A stretch of 63,281 nt of DNA, filler included, from Phoronis australis (taxonomy: Eukaryota; Animalia; Phoronida), in the NCBI GenBank assembly GCA_002633005.1. It is 4 parts of 4 records of this genome, joined end to end, with 100 filler letters (N's around TTAATTAATTAA, not from the genome) between each part and the next. Parts side by side here need not be neighbours in the genome. Positions count along the whole stretch, not along the records: positions 1 to 15,790 come from NMRA01001434.1; positions 15,891 to 36,067 come from NMRA01001180.1; 2 more parts are not named here. One strand, 5' to 3'. The notes below the pieces were generated by a model. It made no database searches and had not been told where the DNA came from. It worked only from the letters and a program-made list of their open reading frames with translations. How positions within the stretch are numbered: position 1 is the first letter of the stretch; every line of letters starts with the position of its first letter. This document shows positions 13,648 to 25,498 of the stretch, in pieces. Made by a program: the position numbers and the translations under genes.

Positions 13648-14524
13648 GTGAGTTCCCACTACCCCCACTCATTGTCCTGTCCATGTAGCGTGTGCTCACT
13701 TAATAGTGGGAATGACTGGTGTATGCATGTGACTTTGTCGTTTCGCTCTATGTTGTATCTGCAGGTAGTTGGTGTTTCTGTAACTTAGTGTGTCTGCTTC
13801 GCCAACTGGAACCGTCACTGTTGCACTGTCATACTGGCCATCCCACTCACGTGCCTAATTTTCCTAGTGGTAATATTAGTCCTTCGTCGCTTCCTAAATG
13901 ACGGGCAATCTTTTTATCGGAGTATCCTTGACGACCGGACCTTCTCTTCCTCTTGTACCCTCTTTAACTGTTCTTTTCTCGTTAGTATCTTCGTTTTCTC
14001 TTCATTCAATAACTTAGCTTACTTCACAGCTGCCACTTCATCCTTCTCTGGGGTTGCGTTTTTGCATTCTTGGATTTAAAAAGGGCACTCATATCAATAC
14101 CATATTAATGTCCTATTTCAGTACCTACATTTGGTCAACATGTATTGCCGATTACAACATTGCTGATTGGAAATGTTGCTGTCTCGCCTTTTGCACTGAA
14201 AAAGACATTCAATAACCAAATTGCCAAAGCCCCCCCCCCTCCCCGACTTCCCTAACAATGTTCCAGGAAAACGGGGCCCATATTGGCAGCCCATAGGTAA
14301 CTGCCAACAGTGAGAGAATGCTTCCAAATTCTAAGCTTCATCTGTCTCACCTTTCCTCCTTAGTTCTCTCTGCTGCTCCTCTTTCTTCATCTGTGTCTTC
14401 TTAGTACAAGGACAAAGTGCAGTGTTTTATGGTGTACAGCTCCATCCATTGTGCGAGTTCTTTGCCTCCTGTTCCTACTCATCGACTCTCCCTTTGATGA
14501 GAACAGCTTGTTTCAGGACAGTAG

Positions 14525-14797
<273 letters not shown>

Positions 14798-15454
14798 TGA
14801 AGTGTTTCAGTCCACGTTTGTAGTGTGTTCTGTTCAAAGATACTTGTTGGTGCTTGTGTGTGATTGTCTCCATTTTAAAACATGCCTTTCATACACTACA
14901 TATGTACAAATGGAACTTCCATGTACATTCTCTGCGGAAAGTTTGTCGCAGCAGAATTTATGTATTATTTTTAATCTCTTCACTGTCTGACATCCTCTTG
15001 ACAGCTAACTTCTTGTTGGCTGATGTATGACTTATATCCCAGTGTCTTTCTGCGCTAGCACAACTTTGTGAAGATTGAGTGTGCTACTGGTTACACAAAA
15101 CTGTTTAAAACATTCTGCTGTGCCCTAGACATTTTGTGTTTGTGTAGTTTCTTGTCATGTTGAACATTTGGGAATCAGATGGGAAACTTGAATTTCAATT
15201 GGTTCAGAATACACGTCAAAAATAAAAATGTCTAAGTTTTAAGGTGACGGAGCAGTCCTGACAATAAATTCCATTTTGTGGAAATACCAAGTTTAATAGT
15301 CTTAGGCCAGAAGGACAATTAAACCTGATTACTTGCATTTCAAGAAAAGTTCAGATTTGTAACTTTTATCACTGCCAACCAGAAGCACAAGTTTTCTGTT
15401 GTGATTGTTCCAAGAGTTAATGTGATTGTGCTAACACATATTGCTTTGACGATG

Positions 15455-15703
15455 AAGGGCTTGGAATTTTCCCCTTTTAAGAGGCTTTCTTCTTTGGTTT
15501 CAATTTCCTCTTATTTGGTGTCCAGTTTCTTCTTTTTCCGTCTCTTTTTTAACCTTATTTTGACTTTTTTCATGCAAAAACGCCCATTTCATTTAAATTC
15601 CACAACACTAAAATATTTCTATCACACAAGCCTATTTACTTGTGGAATGATACATCACCTGGGAAATTTTCCTAATTTTTTTCATTGGTCATTCCAAGCC
15701 CTG
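15455..15703. mobile_element. MITE family A copy 3 (short, uninterrupted)
   Basis: (A)AGGGCTTGGAAT ... ATTCCAAGCCCTG; flanks ACGATG / GCAATG could be a decayed 6-bp TSD. Confidence 0.75.
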
Positions 15704-15834
15704 GCAATGTTCATCAGTAAAGCAATACTTGAGGATCTTGACAGCATCAAACTGCACATATTTGTAGCACTTGTGTGCATGCTAACGGTANNNNNNNNNN
15801 NNNNNNNNNNNNNNNNNNNNNNNNNNNNNNNNNN

Positions 15835-15846
15835 TTAATTAATTAA
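15835..15846. other. Artificial scaffolding linker TTAATTAATTAA in a 100-bp gap (also at 36112-36123 and 39420-39431)
   Basis: The same 12-mer is centred in three N-runs and puts stop codons in all six frames. Confidence 0.95.
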
Positions 15847-18584
15847 NNNNNNNNNNNNNNNNNNNNNNNNNNNNNNNNNNNNNNNNNNNNGATTGGTTAT
15901 ATAATCATATTCCATATTGAACCGTAAGAGGTCGTTTGGTGCAAAGGTCATAATAGTAGTGATGGCAGACGTTCCGTAGATATGGCGCCTCAAGAGACAA
16001 ACGATCGATAAACATATTCAGCATAAAACAAGTAACGGAGGCGGTTCCGAACATTTTACAACGAATACAAAGTACTTACTCAGACAATTTTTACTCTTCC
16101 CTTTTCCAAATGTTCCTTACTGAGAAGAACGTTGCCAGATTCCTTGTTCTGAGCCATGTTGTAAGTCTGGTCTATTGGACACCTTTGATCGATCTGCGAA
16201 GATTGATTGTAGCACAACGGCTTTATCCAATACCGACAACTTCTTTATCAATTTCGATGCGTCATTGCTGAAAAATATGTCGTAAACACAACCAACAGGT
16301 AAGCGGGGGAGTGGCGGAAGGCACGTTTCTCTCATTGAAAGGGCTTACCAGCGGCGAATGTCATATTCCTGGAACCTGGGACTTTCGAGAAAGAAACCGG
16401 TTAAAGCATTGAGAAGAGAAACCATCCAGGATAACAGCCGTGTGTCAGTTCTTGGTTTACGTTTGAAGTGTAGTGACCGGGACAGTGTTGTTGAGGGGGG
16501 GGGGGGGGGCTTTTTGCAACAAAGGTAATCTTTGTGCAGTTGAAAACGCCCATTTCACGTTTCATATATGAAGTTTGAAAAAGTCGAGACATTCTGTATA
16601 CAGATCTTTTATAGAGCCTCATGCTTAAGTTCAAGAAGGCAATTTTAGGAATGCAAAAAATATTCTCAAGGGACCTCATTCTGACAAGGAATAGTGGAGA
16701 CATTTTTTCCGGCGTATAGTCATTCGATAACATGACAGATTGGTGCTCCTTTCTTGTTTACTTGTGAAAGATTCTTTTGTATGTAGGGCAGAACCATTGC
16801 ATGGGGTCATAGGGACACATCCATTTTATGGGGCCCCAGGGGCACACCAACTGTATCGGATGAGGTTCGTTGAAGGCATCCATGCGGCAACCCTAACTTA
16901 TTCGTGTCTTTAATGATAACACGTGGAGTTATAAAAAAATATTTGAAAGTGTAATGTTGATAAGAAATGAGCCGTTCAAATTAATAATAAGAATAAGGAC
17001 TCCAACATTTACCACTCAGAGGTTCATTGCAAGATACTGCTATTGGTTAATTGAATTTGTATTTCAAACTCAGTTTTAATTGTGGGATCTGCTCAAGTAA
17101 TCAATTCTGTGATAAACAATTAAATTCATTAGTTGTTATCATATCTCACATCTGACTGGTTCAAAAAAACATTTTTTTTCAATACTAGGAACTATGAATG
17201 TTACCAAAATGCGAAAAATAACAGCGTGTATATAATAAAAGGAGATGAACCAGAAACGCTAAATAAATGACTAGTTATGGGATTAGTGAAGTAATTTCAA
17301 TTACTCGAATATTTCTACCCTATAAAGACAAATGCTTTCGGAAATTAGATCCGTCACCCTTACTGTGGATGATATAGTTGGCCAAGCATTTACAATTGTA
17401 ATGCGTCTTTTATTTGGTAATAGTTAGAATTTTGGTGACGTTTCATATAATAAAATTATCCAGTAAAAGATCATAATGCAGTGACGTTTACAAAAGTTGA
17501 GAGAAACTACTTCAAGTATCTGTCCAAAATTTGAAGATCAAGATTTTCTGATAGATAAAATGGACAAACATCCATCACCTGGCTTTGATAACTCATCACA
17601 TTGCTTGAAATGCACGATTCTCTACAAAAGTTAAGAGGAAAAAATCTCCCAAATTAAAAGTTGGTTATCCTAATACAGTAAAAAAGATATTCGAACACAT
17701 TTTACAATTCTCAGTTTACTAAAGAAAGTGATCTAAGGAAACATTATTTGTAAAAAGACCCAATTTTATATTGAACACATGTGACATAGCTTCCACGATC
17801 AACATTCATCAACGAAAAACGAACAACTTGACTGAAACGCAAGGGTAAATAGTCTGTAGCACTGAATTGATGTACCGAGAGCGTTTTTGTTGAACGGGTG
17901 ATGAAACGCACAGTAAAAACTGACTGGGCTATTTTGTTGTAGTTTGTTTATTGTTGAATGGCAAATATTATCGCAAAACTCATGGAAGCTTTCTTTTATT
18001 TCTTTTTAGTAAAGCGAGAAAATAGCGATGTCAAAGGAAGATATGATATTAGACTTGATCTGCCCCAGCCTAGAATTCACAGTGCAAGTCCTCGTGACGA
18101 AGGTCGCGTGTATTCCAGTTCTACACTAGCTCACCTAAATACCCAGCTTTCAGCTTCCCGTAGTTTTTTTTTTCTTTTAAGCCTCATTCTCATTCTCCGT
18201 GACTTTTTTTGAAACACGATCACTCAACTTCTGATTGCTACCACACCGAGATGTTCCCACTCGTCCAACTATGACGAGACTGTGGCTGAGTATAAAATTG
18301 GCGGTTTCCGGCGTTGAGGGGTAGTTGTTCTGGCGGAATAATAAAGAGGGTTTGGAGCAATTGTTTACGAAATCGAATTGGTTTGTGCCTGCAATGATAT
18401 TTACCTTGCTGCATAAGTGCATGCTTGTATTAAAGAAAAGCATAATGGTCAAGTTGTATTGATCTGCAGAAGCTGTGCTTTCTAGGAGTACCGAAAGTAT
18501 GCAGGTGTAAAAACAGCAAAGTACAACAGATATATTTGATTTTTCTTTCCACGAGAACAAAATTGATCACATGTTCAACATGTC

Positions 18585-18738
18585 TGTCCAGGACCTATTG
18601 CATTATCAGATAAAACTATTTGAATAGAACCCAGAGTTAGCGATTAAATGGAAATATATTTGAGTGCGTGTCCAGGACCCACTCCATTATCAGATAAAAC
18701 TACTTGTAGAGAACTCGAGTTAGTGATTAAATGAAAAT
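18585..18738. repeat. Diverged tandem duplication, period 84 bp
   Basis: TGTCCAGGACC...CATTATCAGATAAAACTA...GAGTTAG.GATTAAATG starts at 18585 and at 18669. Confidence 0.8.
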
Positions 18739-21505
18739 AAATTACAACCAATTGTTTGTTTTAATGATAGCAAATAAATTCTGTACCTAGAAAACTCGGT
18801 TATCTGATAAGGACAATCGTATGACTGGTACACGGTGGTTTTCAAGTCGCTTCTAGAAAGAAAAAAAAATGTAGGTCTGCACGACGTTGCCTTTTTATTC
18901 CTTCCAACTTGATAAAGTGCACAAAAATACCCGAAGTTAGCAACAATGAGCATTCTCTCTCTGCAAACATGCTTTAAAGCAATTAATTTAGTCATGATGC
19001 GATGCGTCAGCTGATGCAAGAGGACATCGGACACTGTTGCTTTAAATCGGTCGCAGGCATATCAAGATCATCAGTAGGATTGTCGCCTACACTCAAACAT
19101 ATCCAACTAGGGTTGAGGAAACAGTACGTGCGTTTGAGCAATTTAATCTCCGTTGCCGAAGATTGGTTTCACGGTATAAACCACCATTAAGGCTGCTGTG
19201 TGGAGCTGAGGAGAACTGGGTAGGGTTCACTAGACGTCTGTCAGCTACATAGACTCTATTCACGCGGCGGACATTAAAATCCAAAGCGAGGCTCACTGCA
19301 ATAAACAAAGCGAAAGTAGACATTGCGTGAGTTAAATAGCCGGTCTTTCGAGACCAACCTGGATGTTGAATTTTAATGATTAATTAACCACAGAGACGTA
19401 GAAAATTACATTAGAGAACAATTTAAGGCGCCAAAGAGTTGTCTGACGAAAGGGTTTAATTTTTTTCGGAAAACTACGCTCGAAACATGAAAAGTAAATA
19501 TGACCAAATTACAGCGATCGTAGTGTTACGGATTAGGTATTATGCTGAATGCAGGGTTACGTTTTTTCTTGTAAATTGTTGATCAAAATACTTTCTACGC
19601 GGACCAGGTCATCTGCTCGTATTGTTGACGAGTTGAAGACATATTCGACAGTGGTGGCTGTCATGTGCAATTAGTCACATCTGGTTTAATTTGTTGATCA
19701 AGAATATTAACATCAAGCAAAGCCTGATCCTATGAACTCACTGGGACTAACAGTTGATTTGTAATTGATCTGAAAAAATAATTGATGTTATTAAATATAT
19801 TTTTATTAAAATAATAAACCAGGCTCGTAATTGAAAATGAAAAATTATTTGACCATCAATTCTGCTTTCTTGGTTGTAATAATTCTTACGTCTATTCCAT
19901 GTGTTAGATTTCAAATATCACTCTGGACCGAGTTGAATTTTAAAATTAAAACACCCAATTCGTTCGTCCAAAACATAACCTCGTTTTAGAACTCAATTTC
20001 AGTTAACTGGACAATGCAATCATAGTTATCATGTTTCTGCAGGAACCTCGTTCATCCGAGGGGAAAGGTGCCAGTTCCTACTGAGAGGCGATTTTTTCGC
20101 CGAGTGAGGGCGGGAACNNNNNNNNNNNNNNNNNNNNNNNNNNNNNNNNNNNNNNNNNNNNNNNNNNNNNNNNNNNNNNNNNNNNNNNNNNNNNNNNNNN
20201 NNNNNNNNNNNNNNNNNNNNNNNNNNNNNNNNNNNNNNNNNNNNNNNNNNNNNNNNNNNNNNNNNNNNNNNNNNNNNNNNNNNNNNNNNNNNNNNNNNNN
20301 NNNNNNNNNNNNNNNNNNNNNNNNNNNNNNNNNNNNNNNNNNNNNNNNNNNNNNNNNNNNNNNNNNNNNNNNNNNNNNNNNNNNNNNNNNNNNNNNNNNN
20401 NNNNNNNNNNNNNNNNNNNNNNNNNNNNNNNNNNNNNNNNNNNNNNNNNNNNNNNNNNNNNNNNNNNNNNNNNNNNNNNNNNNNNNNNNNNNNNNNNNNN
20501 NNNNNNNNNNNNNNNNNNNNNNNNCCCCCCCCCCCTAAATCCGAAGTCATGGAAATAGAGCCTGGCTGGCCCATTCTCCGGTCGTTACTATGATGCTTGA
20601 CAACTGACCGAGATGCGATAAAATATGATCTAACTTTTCGTAAACATTTATTTTACCCAGACATATTTTGCTTCGTCAAGGCGTATGGCAACGACCCATC
20701 GCTTCCGAATCTCAACGTCTTTAGATATTGTAAATGGCAGTTGCTCGCGGAACAACACGGACTGAAACACAGCCTCCTATGCCGATAAGCCAACAGAGCT
20801 ACTGTAGCGAGCCTCGTTTTGGAACGCACCTCCTGTCGGCGTGAATAGGGTCTATGTGAAAGAAACTTGACAAAACCACGCGTTCTCAAGAGCACATCTA
20901 TATCTCATTTAATCGGGTGAAAATGTTTACCGGATTGTGTTTGAAATACAAAGGCACAGGCTGAAACAGTTTCCACCGCATAACAGTAACGCCGTTTAGC
21001 GTTGGTGAGAAGTGTTCTCTAAAAAGGGAACTGTATTTTATTCTTAATAAAGCTTTCATACTTTTCTATAAGCTGTTGCTCAGTTTCACTAATAAATCAA
21101 CAGCAAAAGGTAAACACATATTTTCTAACGAAACTTTAAAATTTGGCTCAGTGTTCCATCATCACGCTTTTGGAGCTCTGTTTCTCGTGACATAATTAAT
21201 GGGAATTTTAGAATGAAATTTCGGGTAACCAGGGATACCTGTTTGAGACGATTCAACACAAAGTTACACCCAGTTGTCGTCATCGTCAAACAAAATATGG
21301 CGGTGCAACCAGCCACTATCAACAATTTACACTGATTTGAGGAGTCTAGACTGTCAGATAGCTGCCAGCCATTTCTCAGCTATATTAATTATTTAAGGGT
21401 TGGTTAGTTACCGACGATAGCTGTATCACGACTATCGTACCATTGTGTGTTGAAGTCCATTAGACACCGAAATTCCACACTGCCCGTTGACTACACAGGT
21501 AGTTA

Positions 21506-22700
21506 CCCAGTAAACATGAAGGTACTGGACCAATACTGTCCTGAACTGTCTTCTGTATCTGCCCAATGATGTCAATAACATTCGGCAAACCTTTTCGGTT
21601 ATGAGATAGCGATATAGGGCCAGTGAAGGACCAGTACCAAGCCATTACTGGGCCAGTACACTAAAAACTGGTTTCTGCCTGTAAAGGGCCGGTATTGACA
21701 GGCTATGTTGGCCTGGTACAGGTACATTGATGTGCTCATATTAAGCCAGTACACTAATTACATTGACAACAGTGCAGTGGTGGGCCAGTAAAGTGACAAT
21801 ATTGAATCCCTTGTGTTGCATTTGCAGGCCCAATGCAGGAATATTAATGTTTGTATTTTTTTTTCAATGCTTCAGGTTTTGAACTCCTGCTTTGTTGGTC
21901 GTTTCAATCTGATTGCATATGCCGCTGTGACTTACAAGAAGAAAAGGCTCTTGTTCTTTAATAATTTTATTACTATGAAACTGCTCAGGTAAAATACTCA
22001 CAAAAATCTGAATAATATAAATAACAACTAAGCAACTAATTATATTTACAAAGCTGTCGCGGGCTTATTAATGGACAGGCAGCTCCACACAGTTTTCGCC
22101 CTCCGTCCCTGTCGCCAACGTTTCAGTACATGGTGCCCATTTTACTATTAAGCTTGCATTAGCATTACTGTGCTCCTTGACCACAATCCCTGAAATAAAA
22201 CAAGCCCTGCTTAGTATCTTAGAGTACAAACTAAAAGACTCTGCAATACATTTTCCAGATATGTTATGCATAATAAGAATTACCTAAATACACTATATAC
22301 CAAGTTTCATCCTTTGTTAACGCAACTAATACAGCTAGTTGTAAGGCTTCAGTTTCTTGTAATTTTCAGAAGCGTCTTTTGTTCATTCTATTTCTTCCTC
22401 TATTTTTTTACCATATTAAAATGCCTTAAAATATTGAACAATCAGTTACAAAAATCTTAATAGCACCAATTGATGGTTTTGCTCTGTGTTTACACACAAT
22501 TGTCTCTGATGTGACCTTTTCAACTTTGTCCCCAAGCCTCAAGATGGCGCTGATAGGTTTAGCCACTTGAGGCATGGTTATCAGGATTACTTTCTGCACA
22601 AGGATTGACCAATGCCTTGGAGTCATTGGACAAAGACATATGGTAATTATTTTCACATTGCAGCCATTCATGCGACAGATGACATTGTTTTAGTTATTTT
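21506..22700 (-). mobile_element. Possible EnSpm/CMC-like remnant (one end plus decayed coding traces)
   Basis: CCCAGTAAACA terminus after TA, followed by repeated (G)GCCAGTA/TACTGG subterminal motifs to ~21790; no matching other end found. Confidence 0.3.
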
Positions 22701-23612
22701 CCGAAAAATTGGTTGTACTTATTTTCAATTCTTATTGATGAATAGTCTTAATCTATTCTCGATTCAAAATACATCATTTTTGCAATAATTTAGATCTAAA
22801 TTGCTGCAATATACAATGAGTTTTTATTTTTATATAAAACTGCAGCAAACTTCGAGATTACTTGTGACATTCCGGTCATTTGTGTAAAAATTCTGAGCCA
22901 TTTCATTTTCCATTACCAAGCCTCAAATGGCTTAAAAGAGAATGCCACTCGATTTAATTAGTCTTTTCTTTTTCAACGTCTGAATTGTTCTATATCCATA
23001 TCGCTTCGCATACAGTCGACGTTACCTTGCCAAGAAGTGTCGCCTTAACCTGTGAGGAAAGTGAGAAATGACGCAGGGCCGTCAGTGGTTCGTTTGCAGA
23101 GTGAATACCGCTATGTTTCGGTGTAGTCTCCTACACAGACCCTCGAGGTTGGTTGGGGTCTGCTACAGCGCACTTTTCCATGTGCATTCTTGGAATATCA
23201 TTGGCTGTTCCGATTTCAAGAAACAAGGCATTCTATTGGTCAGTTGAATAATATGTCAAACTAGTTCACCAACATGGCGACTTCCAGTAAGGGAATAATG
23301 TCGATGGATTTACAGCTGTTTAAATCCCTCTGTTCTCGTCAAACTACCGCATTTCAGTCAAAGCTAACGAGTCATATACATCAGCAGTAACGTATACGAA
23401 ACATTTAATCATAATTATTATCTTGTGTACTATGCTGTATTCTGAAGTGATGTGACATTTTACGAAATAATTTGTGGAAGAGATCCTTTGATTAGGCCAT
23501 TCACAACAGTCATTTCAGGCAAAATTATAGCACCGGATAGCGGGAAAGGAGTAGCTAAGTGGCCACGGGAGATTGCCTCGATCTTTTCAGGGCACACCTT
23601 CTCGTATGTTAA

Positions 23613-24000
23613 TGTAGTAATAGCCGAGATTACCCGACCCGGGGATCGAACCCGCGACCCCCATAAAACCGGCAAAGAGTTCATCAACGTCCCTTGGTAC
23701 ATTTACCACCACAACTCAAGTGAACACAAGGTCGTCTCTCATACAGGTCCTTGACTCCTGGAACCTTCCACGCGCGCGGTCCCGAGGTCCGTGGGTACTA
23801 GTTGGCAGTGCTTCATGGGTAGATCATCCGTTTGCCGACTACGCCATTTGTAGTAATAGCCGAGATTACCCGACCCGGGGATCGAACCCGAGACCCCCAT
23901 AAAACCGGCAAGCGTGCTAACCATTCAGCTAATAGGCAATTGCCCGTTAGCGAGTAGCTAACAGAGGCTCATATAATTCACCGGAAGCACATCTACAACA
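23613..24000 (-). mobile_element. Miniature LTR retrotransposon (TRIM) with tRNA-like LTR, Helenus-like; 3' LTR partly deleted
   Basis: 5' LTR 24000-23849 (TGTTGTA...TACTACA); PBS TGGCGTAGTCGGCA at 23846-23833; partial second LTR 23675-23613; TSD TTAA at 23609-23612 and 24001-24004. Confidence 0.82.
23867..23937 (-). promoter_or_regulatory. tRNA-derived Pol III internal promoter inside the LTR
   Basis: A-box-like TAGCTGAATGG (23931-23921) and B-box GGTTCGATCC (23888-23879) at tRNA-like spacing; no canonical anticodon arm. Confidence 0.7.
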
Positions 24001-24559
24001 TTAACATGTTCATGTACGTTATGTAAGCTCCCGTGTTTCCCGTGAAGGTTGAATTAGTGGGTCAGATAAGGATGTGCTGAAATACTGCTATTCATGACAT
24101 TGTCGTTGTAATGTATAGTACACTGGCATACTTGTCACTACCCACAGAAGTTAGGAGCATAAAAATACAGTCAATGGTCCTAAACACTCAAACATTAACC
24201 AGTCTAGCAAGAGTTTTATAATGACTGACATTGCTTTTGTCCGTGCCATTCAGCAGTGCCTCTGTCTCGGACTGCCATCCTACAGTCCTACAGGGTGTTT
24301 GTTGCTGTGAAATTAGGATTATACACACTCTTTTTTATTGTCAGCAAGATAAAACTTCACCCTTTTTTGAGTTGGCACAGTGATTAAAACTGACCCATTT
24401 TGGTAAGAGCCTCAATGGAAGAGTCAACTTTTCTGATAAAATAATTTTGCAAAGTTATTATTTACAGGGAATTGAATTTTAGCGAAAAGCTCTCTGGGTT
24501 TTATTCTTTTTAAAACAACAAACCTCAATTGCATCTGAAACTTTCAGTGGTTTCCCTTA

Positions 24560-24890
24560 CAAAAATGAACTTAAGTTTGCATCGAAAAACTTAAGTTTTT
24601 GGTCTGAAAAACTTAAGTTTTAATTCCCGAAAACTTAAACTTTTGGCGAAAACTTAAGTATTTTGGAACAAGTTTTTTGGAACGAACTTAAGTTTTCAAA
24701 AACTTAAGTTTTCAAAAACTTAAGTTTTCTGAAAACTTATGTTTTAAAAACTTAAGGTGGTTCCAAAAAACTTGTTCCAAAATACTTAAGTTTTTGGAAA
24801 ACTTAAGTTTCAGAAACTTTAAGTTTTTGAAAAACTTTTAAGATTTGGAACAAGTTTTTAGTAACAAACATAAGTCATCAAAACTTAACC
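24560..24890. repeat. Array of palindromic AAAACTTAAGTTTT motifs with a 35-bp perfect inverted repeat
   Basis: More than a dozen AACTTAAG-type units; 24649-24683 is the exact reverse complement of 24760-24794. Confidence 0.85.
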
Positions 24891-25365
24891 AGAGGGAGGT
24901 TAGATAGTAGTATAGTAAGAGGTTTAGACGACACGTTTTGAGGGTCTCGGTCAAAGGTCATCTATGTGAAAGCAGGTCACGTGGGATAACTGCGATCGGG
25001 ACACCTACCGGACGGATGTGTCAATGACGTCATGACGTAATAGGTTTAATTAGACAGGAAACTCGTTTTGCGGCTCCTAGCAACGGATTGAAACAAAAGA
25101 TGATAAGAACAAAACGTGGATTACCTTAGTTCGTGTGCGCCGAGTGTCGTTGTATATTGTGTGTTTGTTTCATCAAAAACAAAGGAAAAAGGCGATAACC
25201 ACCCAGCCCAACAACAGATGTCGTGTAAAGTCTAACCCAGGCCCCGACGGTACTGAGCGAATCGTACTAATAATAAGAAGCGACCAGCTAACGCAGAACA
25301 TAAAACCGATAGCGTTTAAACGTGTATTAATGACAAACCAACACTACAAATATCATACAAATATA

Positions 25366-25498
25366 AAATCATCAAAACGTTCAGAAAAGTAGTCTATAGC
25401 AAATTGTTCAAATGTCCGAATTAAATGTTCAAATCATCAAAACGTTCAGAAAAGTAGTCTATAGCAAATTGATCAAATGTCCAAATTAAATGTTCAAA
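25366..25498. repeat. 65-bp tandem duplication overlapping the pPolB stop codon
   Basis: AAATCATCAAAACGTTCAGAAAAGTAGTCTATAGCAAATTG...TTAAATGTTC starts at 25366 and at 25431. Confidence 0.9.

Noticed and set aside
15835-15846. Recurrent TTAATTAATTAA palindrome
   Set aside because: Scaffolding linker inside fixed 100-bp gaps, not biological.
16081-19330. Possible decayed TIR-domain (YDIFFS) or LRR-like coding traces and isolated splice signals
   Set aside because: No consistent reading frame or second diagnostic motif could be established by eye.
24560-24890. CRISPR-like appearance of the repeated palindromic motif
   Set aside because: Eukaryotic context, irregular spacing, no unique spacers and no cas genes.
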